Source: Catajapyx aquilonaris (lineage: Eukaryota). From it: a stretch of DNA of 64,000 bases. The DNA is taken from contig KZ538210.1 in assembly GCA_000934665.2 (NCBI GenBank), positions 1 through 64,000 on the forward strand, read 5' to 3'. Numbering within the stretch: the stretch's first letter is position 1; each line of letters starts with the position of its first letter. The translations under genes and the position numbers were made by a program. The notes beneath the pieces were generated by a model. It searched no databases, was not told the DNA's origin, and saw only the letters and a program-made list of their open reading frames with translations. Positions 39,801 to 55,766 of this stretch are shown in pieces.

Positions 39801-40831
39801 CGATACTTCTAGGCCAATTCTTGTCTTCGAGTACTGCAGAAGATCTGCGAGTAATGTTGCAATCAACCATAGGAATATGCCAGTACCTGAAAGACAAGTT
39901 TGAGTTTAAGTCTGTTCCAAGTGGCAGGCTCAATCAAGATGCATTTCAGGTAAGATAAGCAATTTAGTGCTGTCCTTAGTCTTGAGCATAATTAACTTTT
40001 CTGTTTCAGAGGTTCTTTGGAACAGTCAGGCTGGCAGCGGGGTCAGACAATCATCCAGCTAGGCCTACATTTCTGCAGCTTTACAAGATTCTCTCTGTTT
40101 ACAGTTTGCTTAAACCCCCGAAGTGTGGCAATTGCAGCATACATGACAACACACCAACAGAAGCTCGCGTGAAATTAAGCGACCTGAAGGAAATCTTCTC
40201 CCAGAGCACTCCTGAACCATCAGCTGTTGAAGCCTTGAAGGAAAAATTGACACAAATTATTGAGACAAAAGAGTGGGAGTTCACTGACATAGTGGAACAT
40301 GACTACACCTGTGCACATGTTGTGGAATGCTTAGCATATTATGTTACAGGATATTTGGCAAAACAGATCTCCAAGTACACTGAATGTGACGAGTGCAGAT
40401 CTGCTTTCGTGTCACCCATGACAGTTTCTCAGCAGGTTGCCTCACAACTTGCCAGCCTCAAGGGTCATGGAAAGTTGATTCATCCTCACACTCAGTTATT
40501 TCATTTCATCAGGTCAGTAGAGACATGCTTTGCAAAGTACTCGGTTGAGGAAGACGCATATGAAAGGACAGTAGAAGAGGTTCTGAATACATGTGACTTC
40601 AGCTTTCCATGCAATACCCATAAAGTGGACACTATGGCTTTTGCTGCTAAGTACTATTTAAACATGAGGATGAATCAGTGGACCAGAGAGGGTAACATGG
40701 AGACCAAGATGGACAATCACGCCAAGAAGTGCAAGAAGGACAATCAGGCAAAGGAGAATGTAGCTGAAGTTTGCACCACCCCGGTTATAGGGAATGAAGC
40801 GGAGGTACAGTCAGACGTGAAGGGAAGTTAA
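36898..40831 (+). CDS. THAP-domain, P-element/THAP9-like transposase-derived protein, 1203 aa, predicted catalytically inactive
   Basis: Exons 36898-39147, 39224-39382, 39470-39643, 39743-39949 and 40010-40831, all with phase-0 GT-AG introns and no stops or frameshifts. N-terminal THAP C2CH finger (CSLC...FSLP...W...LCAIHF...LKDGALP). P-transposase blocks: SPASYVSLR..LPLP, VSDGA..N, DTPQLVKAVRD, KRVSLAIQIFS, FDALN, RLNQD.., YVTGYL..CDEC. Confidence 0.9.
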
Positions 40832-41320
40832 ACAGGCCTGTGTGTGCAAAGTGGCACTTGGACCCAATTTGGGAGTGTCCACCGCAGCTTCATCTTTTGA
40901 ATTTATGTTATCTGAAGAAAACAGTCTCCATTTTAGAGCACGGTTGACCATGATTATCGCCATTATGTTGGTTACTTTTGAACTGATGTAATAATAATAA
41001 TGCCATTTTTTACTGTCAGAGGACAGTTCGGAACAGAAGTGACTGTTCATTATCATAGACAGTAAAAAGTTAATTTTTTATATGCGTAAACATGTTTTGC
41101 AGCCAAACCCTTCAACTGATAAAATGGAAAGGGTATGCACAAGCTGCGAAGGTTATTACACTAATTGCTCTTGTAAATTTGTATAAAATTGTATAGACTC
41201 TGTAATCGCCATGGAATAATTTCCCTAAATACACTTGATCGCCCTGAAGAATTCATTTTTTTTTTTTTTTTCCTTCCCTAGTTCTTGTGCAGATCATTTC
41301 GTTTCTTTTTTGCAAGATAC

Positions 41321-41687
41321 GTTCCCGCCACAATTCCCACCTGGCAACCCTTCGTCACTAGTTACAAAAATAGCCTTATCGCTCATCAGCTATGAATAAC
41401 GGCTACTTGCCCTATGCGTCAGTTGATCAAAAAAACAGTTATGATGTTAATGTGAGAGAAGCGGCTGTGCTACATCCGGTCACTCGACTCCATCTGGCAA
41501 CCCCTGCGCTGCGCAACCTGCGAGGGAAACGATCGTTCCATCGCCCTTGTCGGCCTCCCACATTCGGACCTCCTCCGCATCACCCCCAGTGCTTGCCCCC
41601 GTGCTTGCCCCTGGGCTTCAGGAGAAGGGCTCGAGGCCAACACCGACGGAGCCTTTGGTTTGGGTCCACCCAACACACACAGCCAAC
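41321..41687 (+). promoter_or_regulatory. Gamma-tubulin promoter and 5' UTR with an E2F-like site
   Basis: CpG-rich, with TTCCCGCCA at 41322-41330 and CTGGCAACCC twice (41341, 41495), directly upstream of ATG 41688. Confidence 0.65.
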
Positions 41688-45479
<3,792 letters not shown>

Positions 45480-46240
45480 AGTGCATTGCAGGTGCCTTAT
45501 GAAAGGGACATGAAAGTGCCATTTCATGTGTGTCTTCATTTGAGTAGGATGATCGGTATTGTGTTTTGGCTGGTTTATATTCTTTTGCCAATCAGGATGA
45601 GAAAAATTCGCTTTTGAATGAAAGATCGAGTGCATTTGTTTTGCCCTGTAAGTGATATCATTAAGGCCATATAACATTTAAGTTTCTTCTTTGTAATTTA
45701 ACTCATCATGTATGTTCAGTTGTTGACATTGTTTACAATAATTAGTTGTGGAAAAATAATTTATTTAAAATGCTGCATGGAAAGGTTGTAATAACGATTC
45801 TTTGCAGCTCTTCACCAAAGTTACAGTTTGGTTTAATACGAATGGTGGGTTACTTTTTAACACCATGCATTACCCATTTGGTCATACTGGAACCTTTCAC
45901 AACTTCTGATGTTTGGTGGCATAAATTGCTTTACATCACCGTCACAGGCAACTTTGGTCTTCCTACTTGGTTATTCAAAATCTGTTATGATCCTGTACTG
46001 ACAGTGAACTTCACATAGAGTAATAATAACTACAATAACAGCAATGATAATAATGAAATGCCTTTTTTTCCTTTTGTGTTCCCCAGCCAGACAAGATTTG
46101 ATGAATATTTAAGAGGAAGCACTCAAATGACAGGTTTCTGAAAGCTTAATTTTAATTTTCAAACAAATACATTGCAACATTGGAATCATTGGAGGTTGCA
46201 TCGCACAGTAGTCATCACAGTTTGAAAACTATGTACCACA

Positions 46241-49082
46241 TTAAAACAATAAATTAACAACAACAGCTTCACAGATGCTGGAGTAGGGTTGGTGCAACAC
46301 CAGGGAATTCCCACAATTCTGGCTCACCAACTGACCTGTGGATGGAAGATTCATGAGCGTCGAGTCGAGAGATAATAACGGGTGACTTGTGCTCCTATCC
46401 TTGCCATCCTTTTTCCCTGAACCTCTGCAGACATGACATTACAGAACTTTATGATTGTAATTTTCAATACCAGCTTCCATCTCTTTTTGTGATTGTTATT
46501 GTTAGTATGAAAATAGTCAAATCAGAGGCTTACCCATCATAGTTAGGAGTCTCTTGCCCTGCGGATGTTTCGTGGTCATCACACCAGGAGTCGGGGCTAT
46601 TCCGCCGGCCGAGTTGTTCCATGTCGTCCTTCAACTCAGCTATGGCCCGCCCCACCTCCACAGTCATTTCCGGAAAGTCGGCCACAACTAGGTAAAATGC
46701 CGCACGATTCATCCATATCGTGTGACATGGATCATCTCCTACAACCCTGACCCTAACATAGACAAAGGCAGTTGTTAGGTAACTTTCAAGTTTTCCCACC
46801 TACAATCTCCACTCTGTCATTGAAATACACAAACCAGCGCTGCCATTAGCTTCACCTAACTACGTTGTGGTTACCCCATGATGTCTTTGAAGAAAAGGAA
46901 AATTGTTTCAGATTGGTACGTGCACATTCACCTGTATGTGTTCCTCATGTCCCTTGCCAATCCAAAAAAGATTCCATTGACCACGGTGTTTTCCTCGTGT
47001 CTCTCCAGAATCCTGACAGTAGCCATGCCTCTATGCAGGAAGAAGACATGGTCGGTAGAAGTGCCTGCCTGAAGGATGACATCCCCTGGAAGGTGAAGCC
47101 TTGATTCAAAGAGGGGGAGGAGGCGATCCAGTGCTTCTTCAGGAATCCTCCTGAACAACGGCACTTCCTCTATCACGTCCCAGTACCTGGCCCGATTCAG
47201 CAAACGGAGTAAGTGTTCCGGTATGTAGGCCAGCACTTCATTATCAAACACTGCATCTCCCTTGTGCTTCTCCCAATACCACCTGTTTTTAAAGCGAAAG
47301 AACACTTGTCAATTCATGCCATGAATTGAAGAAATACAGTATAATTGTTTAATGGAAAATAATGACAGCAAGTGATAAATTGTTATCATTAAGAAAGGAT
47401 AATAGTTACTTCATTATTTTCTTCTGCAGATCAGGCTGAATCCCTCTAGTCTTCATGTAGATCTTCAATTCTTCTTTAATGGCATCGTATCTTTTACCAG
47501 GGGTTTGCTTTACAGCGTAGGCCTCAACCAACAATGTTATGAAGATGGCATACTCAACAAGACCAACAATGCTGCTGATCATGGAGGTGCATATGTCTTC
47601 TGGAGTTTTGGGAACAGACGATCCGTAATTTACCCCAGACATGGAAGAAACAGCCATAAAAAATGACTGCAAGTAGAGTCGGCCATTTCCTTTCTCCCAG
47701 CCCCCTGCCTGGGCCAACCATGAATCGGCATCCAATTCATTAGCGTACATCAGTTCGACTGTGATGATCTGCATGCAGGCCAACCAGTGGGCTGTCAGGC
47801 ACCACAAAAATGCAAAGAGGCACAGTTGACTTGCAGTAGAACGTATCTGGTACTCCTGTGTCATGTTTGAGGAAACATTTATGAAATTCCTCACATCATT
47901 GCATGAAGGTGATGACAGCGACAACATAAACTGCAGAACTATAATAATTATTACTTACCTCTATGATCACTTTGGAACACCTCCAGAGGCGTACAAACCT
48001 TAATGACTTGATCAACTGAAGAAGCTTTTCATCTGCGTGTAGTAGAGACTTATTTGACGTTATCGTGAACAGACCAAAGGCAATCCATTGCCAAGGAATG
48101 GCTGCGACCAAGTCCACCAGGAACCATGATTTGGCATACTTCGTCCATACCTCTGCAGGTTCAAGAAGTATCACATTATCTTCCTTTCTTTGGATTCCAG
48201 TGAAGAAGAATAGAACGACATCCACCATGCAGAAGATATCAATGATGAGATCTGCACCATACCAATGGGACCATTCCAGGATGGTCTCCCGGCCCATAAA
48301 GGCCACATCAAGTGGGAGGAAAATCGTGTTCATCAGGAGCAAAACAACTATTGTGTGTTCCCAGTACAACCTGTGAGAAGAGGGAGATGCTGACATCTTT
48401 CTTATATTAAAACAGGCTTAAGTAATGCTTGGAGCAATATTAATGCTCAGTGATTTTTCCACTTTCATAATGAACTAGGTAGCAGACCCATTGCCAAATT
48501 TTGACAATATTGCTTGGCCCACCCTCCAACTTGGACGTAGCATGATAAGCCACTACCAGTTGGCACATATGTACACTCCTGCCACTCAGGGAGAAAGTAG
48601 TACTTCATGCACATTGGTGATGTCACAACACGGACAAAGTTCACCAGGCCTCTAGTATACTACTACAGTCCTCTAATTGTTGAATGGCGAGAGTGGGTAA
48701 TGTGTAATTGAATAGGGAAAGTGAAACATTGGTAACTACTACCTAGGTGATGAGTCAACTTATTTACAGTAGGGTGGAGTCACGGATTCTGTATGTGGTG
48801 ATGAACCTACCTAAAGATGCTGAACGGATGAATCATGTGCGGAAAGGTGAAAGCCTGCTTGATCTGCTCCTGAACAATCCTGGATCTGCTCTTCATGACC
48901 TTCCATGATATTCTTCTCTTGTCAGATATCACCAGTAGGTCTTCAAGATATCGTACAAACAGAGCCCACTGCGACAGTTGTTCGGGAGTGTTCAGGCTTG
49001 GCCACCGACTCGCCACCACATACCGTTGGCGTGGTGCCTTCCTCGCCTTTTGCTCAAACTTCTTAATATCCGTCGCTTTCAT
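46241..49082 (-). CDS. Divergent HCN-like cyclic-nucleotide-binding-domain cation channel, about 627 aa (first and last exons tentative)
   Basis: Exons 49082-48811, 48370-47959, 47855-47410, 47282-46932, 46752-46534 and 46424-46241 (1884 nt, in frame). Features: IHPFSIFRLYW before S1, WFLVDLVAAIP (S3), IKSLRFVRLWR (S4), AHWLACMQ (S5), pore SMSGVNYG..P, C-linker YMKTRGIQPDLQKKI and CNBD PGDVILQAG...VFFLHRG. Confidence 0.85.
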
Positions 49083-51900
49083 CTAGACAATTTGGAAATT
49101 TGCATTGTGACTGTTGGGCACCAAACTTTCATTGTTAATAGGAAGATAGTTGCATGCGAGGTTGCATGTGGCAAGTGTGGGCTGCTGTTCATACCCACAT
49201 GGGTATTGATGTTAATTACTGTCGATATAGGCTAGTGACATGTTGCTTAGCTGCCACTGTGAGTGTAAGTACGTACCATCGGTTGAATTCTGGTGGACTT
49301 CATGGTTCGGCAACGCAACCTTATTGGGAACAACTTTGTCGACAACTCTGTCAAAATTCGAATTTCGAACCTCCAGTGACGTCAGACCCAGCGGTGCCAC
49401 CTGTGGACACAGGTGCCAACCCGTCTGAAACCCGGCGCTCTCTTTGGATCCGACTCCGAACTCCATTCCTCTGGATTATAATATCGACTGGCGCTAACAA
49501 GGCGCCACTCCAACCCACCCACCCACACTGTCCCCCCTGCTTCATGCTGTCCCCCATTTCTGTGAGACCAGCAGTGCTCGCCCAACAGGCGGCAATGGCA
49601 CAGGCACCACTGTGCTGCCATCAACAATAGAACCATCTGCTTGTGTTGACCAAGACATCAGGACACCATGGCTCAGAAGATGCCAGCAGGCGCAACAGAA
49701 AAGAGCTACATCCTCCAGCACAAGAAGGAAGATGTCCCGCAACAGGTGGGAGCTCCTTTTATTTTTCTGTAACTCATCTGCTCCTATCAACAAGTGATCC
49801 GTATGCAAAAACCTCATTGCATTTGCCAGTGACGCGAGGGATGTGGTTTTTAATGATATGCAATCTAATTTGCGCCAGGTGAGTTTTATCGAGTTTGGCT
49901 GAGTTGCGCAAAATGTTACCTGCTGGCTGCTGCTCCACTTTCACTTTCGGTCTCACTTCTTGGTTAGAAGGTCGTAGGAAGTAACCTTGTGACTCATTCA
50001 ATTCTTAATCATTTTGGGTAAACTAAGTCTGGACCAAGTGGTGGGGAAAATGATAGAAAAAGTTACCACCGCGTCGCAAGATCAATTCCTTGAAAAATTC
50101 CTCAGGGAATAAAAAGGCAGTTTCCTGTTTAGCAAATGTGGAACCGGATATCCGGAGCGATATAAAAAATATCTGAATCGATCTTTGGATTCTGCGAACG
50201 GGAGCGCTCTTTGAGATGACAGAAAGGCTTTTTGATACAGTTTTACCTGGCTGGATGATGCCTCTATTATTTATGATCCCGCGGTCCGTGTGTCGGATCG
50301 ATATTGAGGCGCTTCTGCGAAATTGTTGATGGAGGCTTTTACGCCCACAAAGAGACATTAGGGAGAGGAGGACGTTTGTCGTCAATATTTTCTGGGGAGG
50401 TGACACTTTAGAAAATGTCAAATTCTCAGCACAGCACAGTTGCTGGGAAACCGTCATTGTGACGCCACCGATGCATATACAGCCAAGATAAATGGTTTTT
50501 AACTCGCAATGCACCACAGGTCGCGTGCAGATAAAGACAACCACGCAATTTTTGGACTGCTAATTATTATTTTTTTACCGCCAAACCAATCTGTTACACA
50601 TACATGCACTGCCTTTTTGTTGTTAAGTGATTCAATCCGCTGCATGCACTGCCGGACAAGACGTATCGCATAATACTACAGTATGTGTGGTTGCCGTCTC
50701 ATAAGGATGCTTTTCACTCGGCACATTTTCTTTCAGGAAGAATCGCGGTTAACGACAAAAAAAAAAATGAAAACTGCAAATGTGGTGGTAGAAGAAAAAA
50801 AAATGAGAGTTTTTTTTTCGGTCGGGTTTACCGAAGTGTGTCTTTCAGCGGTCGTTGTCCTCAGAACGTGACTCTGATTAGGGCTTTTTCTTTACGAGCG
50901 AACTACCATCAGCTACGGTACGGATTTGAAGAAAAAAAATAGGCATGACGAAATTGATGTGGGTGTGGGTTTGCATCCGTTTGGTGATGGCCCCGTTTCA
51001 TCATCTGACAGATACCGGTACTTTATATAGAGGACGACAGGCGGTAGATAAAAAATATTTGGCGAGCACATTTTCATTATTTATTACTGACGTATTTGCT
51101 CCCATTTTATATGCACTCGTGCATCAGGTGTAACAGCTGTTAATGCCATTTATGATAATAGCACGTGATTCTTGCGTGATTCATTATTAACGTACTGCGT
51201 GTTATGGGTGGTTGTGACAGAATGATCATATACGTCTGTCAGTCACTGCGCATCGATATTAGTTTTCATTGTGTACTATCGTGAAGGTACACACAACAAT
51301 AGCGATCCTGCATTGTCTTCATTTCCGTTCACCTGTGGAGCGGCTGGATTTAGGAGGAAATCTAATCATCCTGCAATTATTAGTCCGTATTTATATGCAT
51401 TGCCAAAGCTGGCAATGGCGGAAACTATGCTTTTATTACCTGTTGGAGCGTTGCGTAATTGCAAAACTAATCACAAGCAATAAAAATTACGTCGTAACAT
51501 GGGAATGCTTGATCACAAGACGCCATCTGAAGACACGATAATGTACAGGAATTGCGCCGCATCCTGGCTGCCAAACAGCTTCATTGTCCGTATGATATCC
51601 GCAGTACTCGAGGCTGAATGAGCACGTCAAATGCAGGGGCATCTCTTTCTCAAAAACTAGGTCTGAAATTCCGACGGCAAGCCTCCGGAGAGGAGCAAGA
51701 TATTGAGTGCGTGATGTGCAGGCAACCAAGGAATGCCGTGCCATTAAAGAGGGCGGGGGAGGCAATAATTGCTTGTATATACAGGGTGGAGCACTATCCA
51801 CGTCCACAGTTCATGAACCAATAATTGCGGGAAGAGGTCAATCTTCGTAGACTTATAGGCAGTGCATCTTCTTCAACAGGAGGCACCTGTTGGTCCACCG

Positions 51901-53982
51901 ATGATGTCGCCTCCAGGAGACCCGGAGGATGACACGAAGGGGCTGGTGCAGATGGAGACTGGAGAGAAGGGTGATGTGGCCAGCAGCAGCCTCCCACACG
52001 CAAGCTTCAACTACATCAACTCCATCATTGGCAGCGGGGTCATTGGGCTGCCTTATGCCCTCAGACAAGCTGGGTTTGGTCTGGGGCTGTTGCTGCTGGT
52101 GGTGGTGGCTGTGGTCACCGACTACTCCTTGGTGCTGATGATCCGGGGAGGACTCATCAGCGGAACATCTTCCTACCAGGGACTGATGGAGGCAGCGTTT
52201 GGAAAGGGAGGCTTCCTGGTTCTGTCCCTCCTGCAGTTTGCATACCCTTTCATAGGTGAAACATCTCATTGTGCTATAAAAAAAATTTTACCAAGATTTC
52301 GCAATAATTATTTTGTCAATGTAGGCTGTAGAGGCACTCATTGCAGATATACTTTTCAGCAATGGTGAGCTACAACGTGATAGTGGGTGACACATTGACC
52401 AAGGTTGTGTCTCGAATCTCTAGCCTGCCTCCGTCTCACTTCTTGTGCCGAAGGGAGTTTGTAGTGGCTGTGTCCACGCTAGTCTTGACCCTTCCTCTCT
52501 CCCTTTACCGTGACATGGCCCGCATGGCCCGCATCTCCTTCCTCTCCCTGGTCTTTGTGGGCTTCATCATGGTGGCCATCTGGATTCGTCTATTTTCATT
52601 GGGCTCCAGCATCCCCGCCACCGTGGATGCCTGGAGCTTTGCCAATGCTGATGTCATGCAGTCAGTGGGCATCATGGCTTTTGCATTCATGTGCCACCAC
52701 AACACCTTTCTGCTCTATGGGTCAATTCAGGATGCCAGTCAACAGAGGTGGGACAAGGTCACACATGCTTCAGTCATCACTTCCCTCATCATCAGCCTGC
52801 TCTTTGCCATTGGCGGATACCTCACATTCACAGGAGACGTCCAAGGTGGATGACACCTTTTTGTTTCTTACAAATGGAAAGCTATAGCAAATAGGCATTT
52901 GACTAACTCATGAGTTCTTACATGACCTGTGACATGACATTTACATTCTTCAGGTGACCTGCTGGAGAACTACTGCTATGAGGATGACCTGATGAATGTT
53001 TCCCGCTGCCTGTTCTGCATAACAATCCTTCTCACCTTCCCTATTGAGTGCTTTGTATCCAGGGAGGTGGTCGAGAACGTGTTCTTCACGAGGCAGCAAC
53101 CAGCACCCCTATGGCGGCATGTGGTCGTAACAATTTTTCTCGTCGTCATGTCATGCTTACTGTCCATGACAACTGACTGCCTGGGTCTTGTGCTGGAGCT
53201 AAATGTAAGTGCGAAACATTTGCTGGACTGCAAAAATGACAATCCTTAACTTTCTTTTTACCAGTGGCATTTCAATTAACTTAATTTAAAATGTTAAATA
53301 CCAGTGACACAAGTCATTTGTAGAGTTGCTTATCTTTGATGTTAGTGTCTACTGCTATCCCAAGTGCATTAGTGTATAAATTACAAGGCTTCAAATTATC
53401 TGTAACTGTTGCCCAATGAGTGATTGTGGATTGAGGAAGTATGCTTGCAGCCTTCAAAATTAACGTGATGCAACAGATAATGCGGTACAAATGATTGAAG
53501 ACCACTAGCTTACTTCCAATAAAATCATTTGTCATTAAGACATGACAATATCCTTAGCCTTCAAAATTATCATGTCAAGACAGCTTATGATTTAGAGACT
53601 TAGTCACACCTGCTTTTTTAGTAGGCTCTCATGTGATAGCACTAATGCTCACAATTTATCTTAAAATGTGTTGCAGGGTGTCCTGGCAGCTGTGCCCCTG
53701 GCCTACATCCTCCCAGCCCTCTGCTACCTCCGCCTGGCAGAAGGAAAATTGTTCAGCAAAGACAAAGCAGCAGCTATAGCCACAGCTGCTTTTGGCATCT
53801 TGGTGGCGGTAGCAGGCTTGCTGGTGATGGTTCTAAGAGGAAGCGTGGGCAGACGGTGCAGTCATGGACATGACATGCCCTACTGCAACATCGAGGGAAA
53901 CTCATCCATGATGATGCTGCCAATGCATCAATTCCTGTCTAGCACCTCTGAATCTCCACTGCTGCCCTCTCCAATGCCATAG
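51901..53982 (+). CDS. SLC38A11: Putative sodium-coupled neutral amino acid transporter 11, about 465 aa (start codon tentative; acceptor at 51879 implies an upstream exon)
   Basis: Exons 51901-52255, 52360-52845, 52954-53204 and 53677-53982 (1398 nt). Motifs FNYINSIIGSGVIGLPYA, AFAFMCHHN, GDLLENYC, TFPIECFVSREV and DCLGLVLELNGVL. Confidence 0.9.
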
Positions 53983-55766
53983 ATCTCTCGTTGGCTGTCA
54001 AGATATGCTATGAACCTCGCTAGTTAGGGAGCCCCCAACCAAAGATGTACATTTGTGCCCATGCTATGCTACTGTCTCTCCTGGTCATTGTAACTCATGG
54101 TGTACACTCAGACATACATGTCAAGCGTCTTATTCCAAGACTGATTCACAGCTCACTCTTGTCCTCCTTCCAACAGCATTATTTATTTTTGTGCTAACTT
54201 ATTCTGAGAACAAGTGTTGAATATGTCCAAAGGACAATAAATTACTGTGTATATAAACAATGAAATGTTGTCACTACTTTTATACTGTCACATGGAAGTC
54301 AAATAAGCAAAATGTGCATAAGTAACCAATGACCATATATGCAAATAAAATACTATGGTGTGGAGAAAGGGAAAGGATATCACAACACACGAGACAAGTG
54401 TCTGGCCGTAAGTCACACTGTATTTACTAACAAACCCATTCAAGAACATAATCAACAACACATGGACAACTTATGCTATGTACATAGCGCCTTTGTTCTT
54501 CCCACCTGCCAGTGATTCAAAAAACATGTTCTCTTTTTGGAAATGCAGGCACAACCCAAAAGCCATTTGTTAAAGGGACTAGCGGTAATGTAGTAACTCT
54601 CTAGTGACTCATTATCCCAACTCCACAGAACTGGAGCTTGTGCAAATAAAGACAACATGTGGTCCGGTTTGCACCTGTTGCACCCCAAAAACAGTAGGAA
54701 AATTTATAGCGCTGGGTCAAAGTTCACTCATGTCGTGCAAGTGGAATTCTCAAAATTCGGTCACAACCTAATAATAAGCCAATTCATCGTGCCATATGCT
54801 TTGAAAACCAATTTTGGCAGCCAACTTGCCTCACGCTACATGCAGAAAAATACATTGCTTTTTTTCCAGTTGCGTCAACACAATTACTGAAAGGATGCCT
54901 AAAGTGTGGTCCGAAATGTTCCTTTAAAAACACAACGTGAGAGGAGGATGGACGAAAAAGTGCTGTTGCTTTTTATTCCTGACTAGAACCTCTAGTGCCA
55001 AACATTGGCATTAACAGGAATATTCTTTCCAACATGAACACTTCCTAGTGACACACAAAAAATCCACTTTTGTCAAACACTGATAACGAGGGGAAAAAAC
55101 AAATGAATAAATCTTGACTCGGTCATAAATACTATATGGGAGGGTCGTACATCATCTTCCAGAGTGATCCTTTTTGGTATAAATTCCCCCCTTTTATTTA
55201 CATACAAAATAAATAATGAGCGTCATTAGTCTGCCCACAGCATAAATTGCGTGCCTTTGTAAAGATGATGTCCTATTTGCAATGGTGATAATACTGATAA
55301 CTACCACTTTGTTTTGATCTAACCAGCGCGTGAAGGCGCAGCCTAAACATCCGGAAACTGGCACGTGGATTGAACCTGGTTCTTTTGTTTAAAAAGTCAC
55401 AACCGATTCAGCGCTCTGACGCTGTATTTAAATCTGAAGCGGAAAAAACTGCCCCAAAAAAGAAAAGATACTCTTTTTTTTAAGGCACATCTCTTCCACT
55501 ACCAAGCCGAGTTCCAGCTTCCATTTAAAACTGTGGCCTAATTGAACGCTCTTCATTACCCTCAACAAGAATATGGAGGAAAATTGTGGGTGTCAGGGGA
55601 GGATACTTTTCCAAATGTTGGAGTCAAAAAAGTGAGCAATTTCTCATATCCTGTGTTGGGGAAAGGGGACTGGAGAAAAAAAAAAAACCATTCAGTCGAC
55701 GGCATTGTGAGTCTGCAGTAAAAGAGTCGCATAGAGAGAAGGAAATCAATCACACGAAGGATGCAT

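Noticed and set aside
41005..41069. CATAGACAGTAAAAA as a possible P-element terminus of the transposase gene
   Set aside because: Its orientation is wrong for a right end, it pairs only locally with TTTTTACTGTC about 45 bp upstream, and no matching left TIR or TSD was found.
47931..47958. Apparent 28-nt GT-AG intron in the channel gene that keeps the frame
   Set aside because: It is far shorter than other introns here (54 nt or more). The downstream in-frame acceptor at 47856 gives a 103-nt intron and an S4-S5 linker length that fits HCN channels better.
50023..50544. 173-aa minus-strand ORF upstream of the channel
   Set aside because: Non-ATG start, no recognisable domain and no frame-compatible splice to the channel exons identified.
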